Shown here piece by piece: positions 63,549 through 64,000 of a stretch of DNA of 64,000 nucleotides. This DNA comes from a virus: the IMG/VR virus record IMGVR_UViG_3300045996_001613, positions 19,578 to 83,577 of that record. One strand, given 5' to 3'. Under the pieces are notes generated by a model. That model was not told the origin of the DNA, did not search any database, and saw only the letters and a program-made list of their open reading frames with translations. The position numbers and the translations under genes are program-made. Every line of letters begins with the position of its first letter. Within the stretch, counting starts at the first letter, position 1.

Positions 63549-63926
63549 GTCCTCCTGCGCCTCTGAGTCAGCCGTCGCCGCGATATCCTCAGGCAGGGCA
63601 TTGAGGTCGCGAATGTGGTCCGCGATCTGCTCCGTAATGTACCCCTTGAACCGCTTGAAGGTCTTCTCTTCGATGGGCAGCTTGCCGTTCTCATCCTCAA
63701 AGGACCAGTCCTTGATGGATACCTTGAAGTCGTACACACGCTGCCGGTCGAGACGGATACCCGATCCGCCGCCTCGCCTGCCAGTGCTCGGGTCTATGAT
63801 CATGTTTGAACGATGCCGAATCTGCTCCTCAGACATCTCCGCCAGTTCTACCCACTCGGTATCACCGTCACGGAAAATGATGTCGCGGCGGAAATATTCG
63901 CCATCTTCTACGAAGAATCTACTCAA
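63540..63926 (-). CDS. Tail assembly chaperone (G)
   Basis: SIKDWSFEDENGKLP motif; ends EDPT*; upstream of the TMP; GGGAGG SD. Confidence 0.8.
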   Translation of the reverse strand: MSRFFVEDGEYFRRDIIFRDGDTEWVELAEMSEEQIRHRSNMIIDPSTGRRGGGSGIRLDRQRVYDFKVSIKDWSFEDENGKLPIEEKTFKRFKGYITEQIADHIRDLNALPEDIAATADSEAQEDPT

Positions 63927-64000
63927 TGCTCTCTCCCTCCCCAGGAAGTAATCAGGTTACGAGAAGCATTGTACTCTCCTTGGTACTGTTGTCAACTTTT

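Overview
This window is about 64 kb of a tailed dsDNA phage genome (siphovirus-like, GC-rich). SSB sequence and leaderless promoters hint at an actinobacterial host; this is inference. Positions 1-27.4 kb are + strand: small early hypothetical genes, two C5 DNA methyltransferases, an HhH-GPD glycosylase, dNMP kinase, HAD nucleotidase, an O-like initiator with internal iterons, DnaB, SSB, RNase HI, Rnl2-type RNA ligase, RusA and an annealing protein. Positions 64-27.4 kb are - strand: tail chaperones, a 3523-aa tape measure protein, two tandem paralogous RCC1-propeller/hub proteins, minor tail proteins, a sulfatase, a multi-enzyme lysis cassette, a phosphoesterase, an EndoVII-type HNH, three tRNAs and a secreted beta-helix protein. 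The most unusual content is non-coding. A 79-nt 'mini-tmRNA' (4083-4161) has a full tRNA-like domain with G3.U70 and A73 but no tag reading frame, and sits in a cluster of structured RNAs. That cluster follows one of three identical CRP-type boxes placed at class II promoter spacing. There is also a tandem promoter-terminator small-RNA array at 27.4-27.75 kb and structured RNAs interleaved with the tRNAs and the HNH. All calls come from reading the sequence by eye; no searches or folding programs were run.
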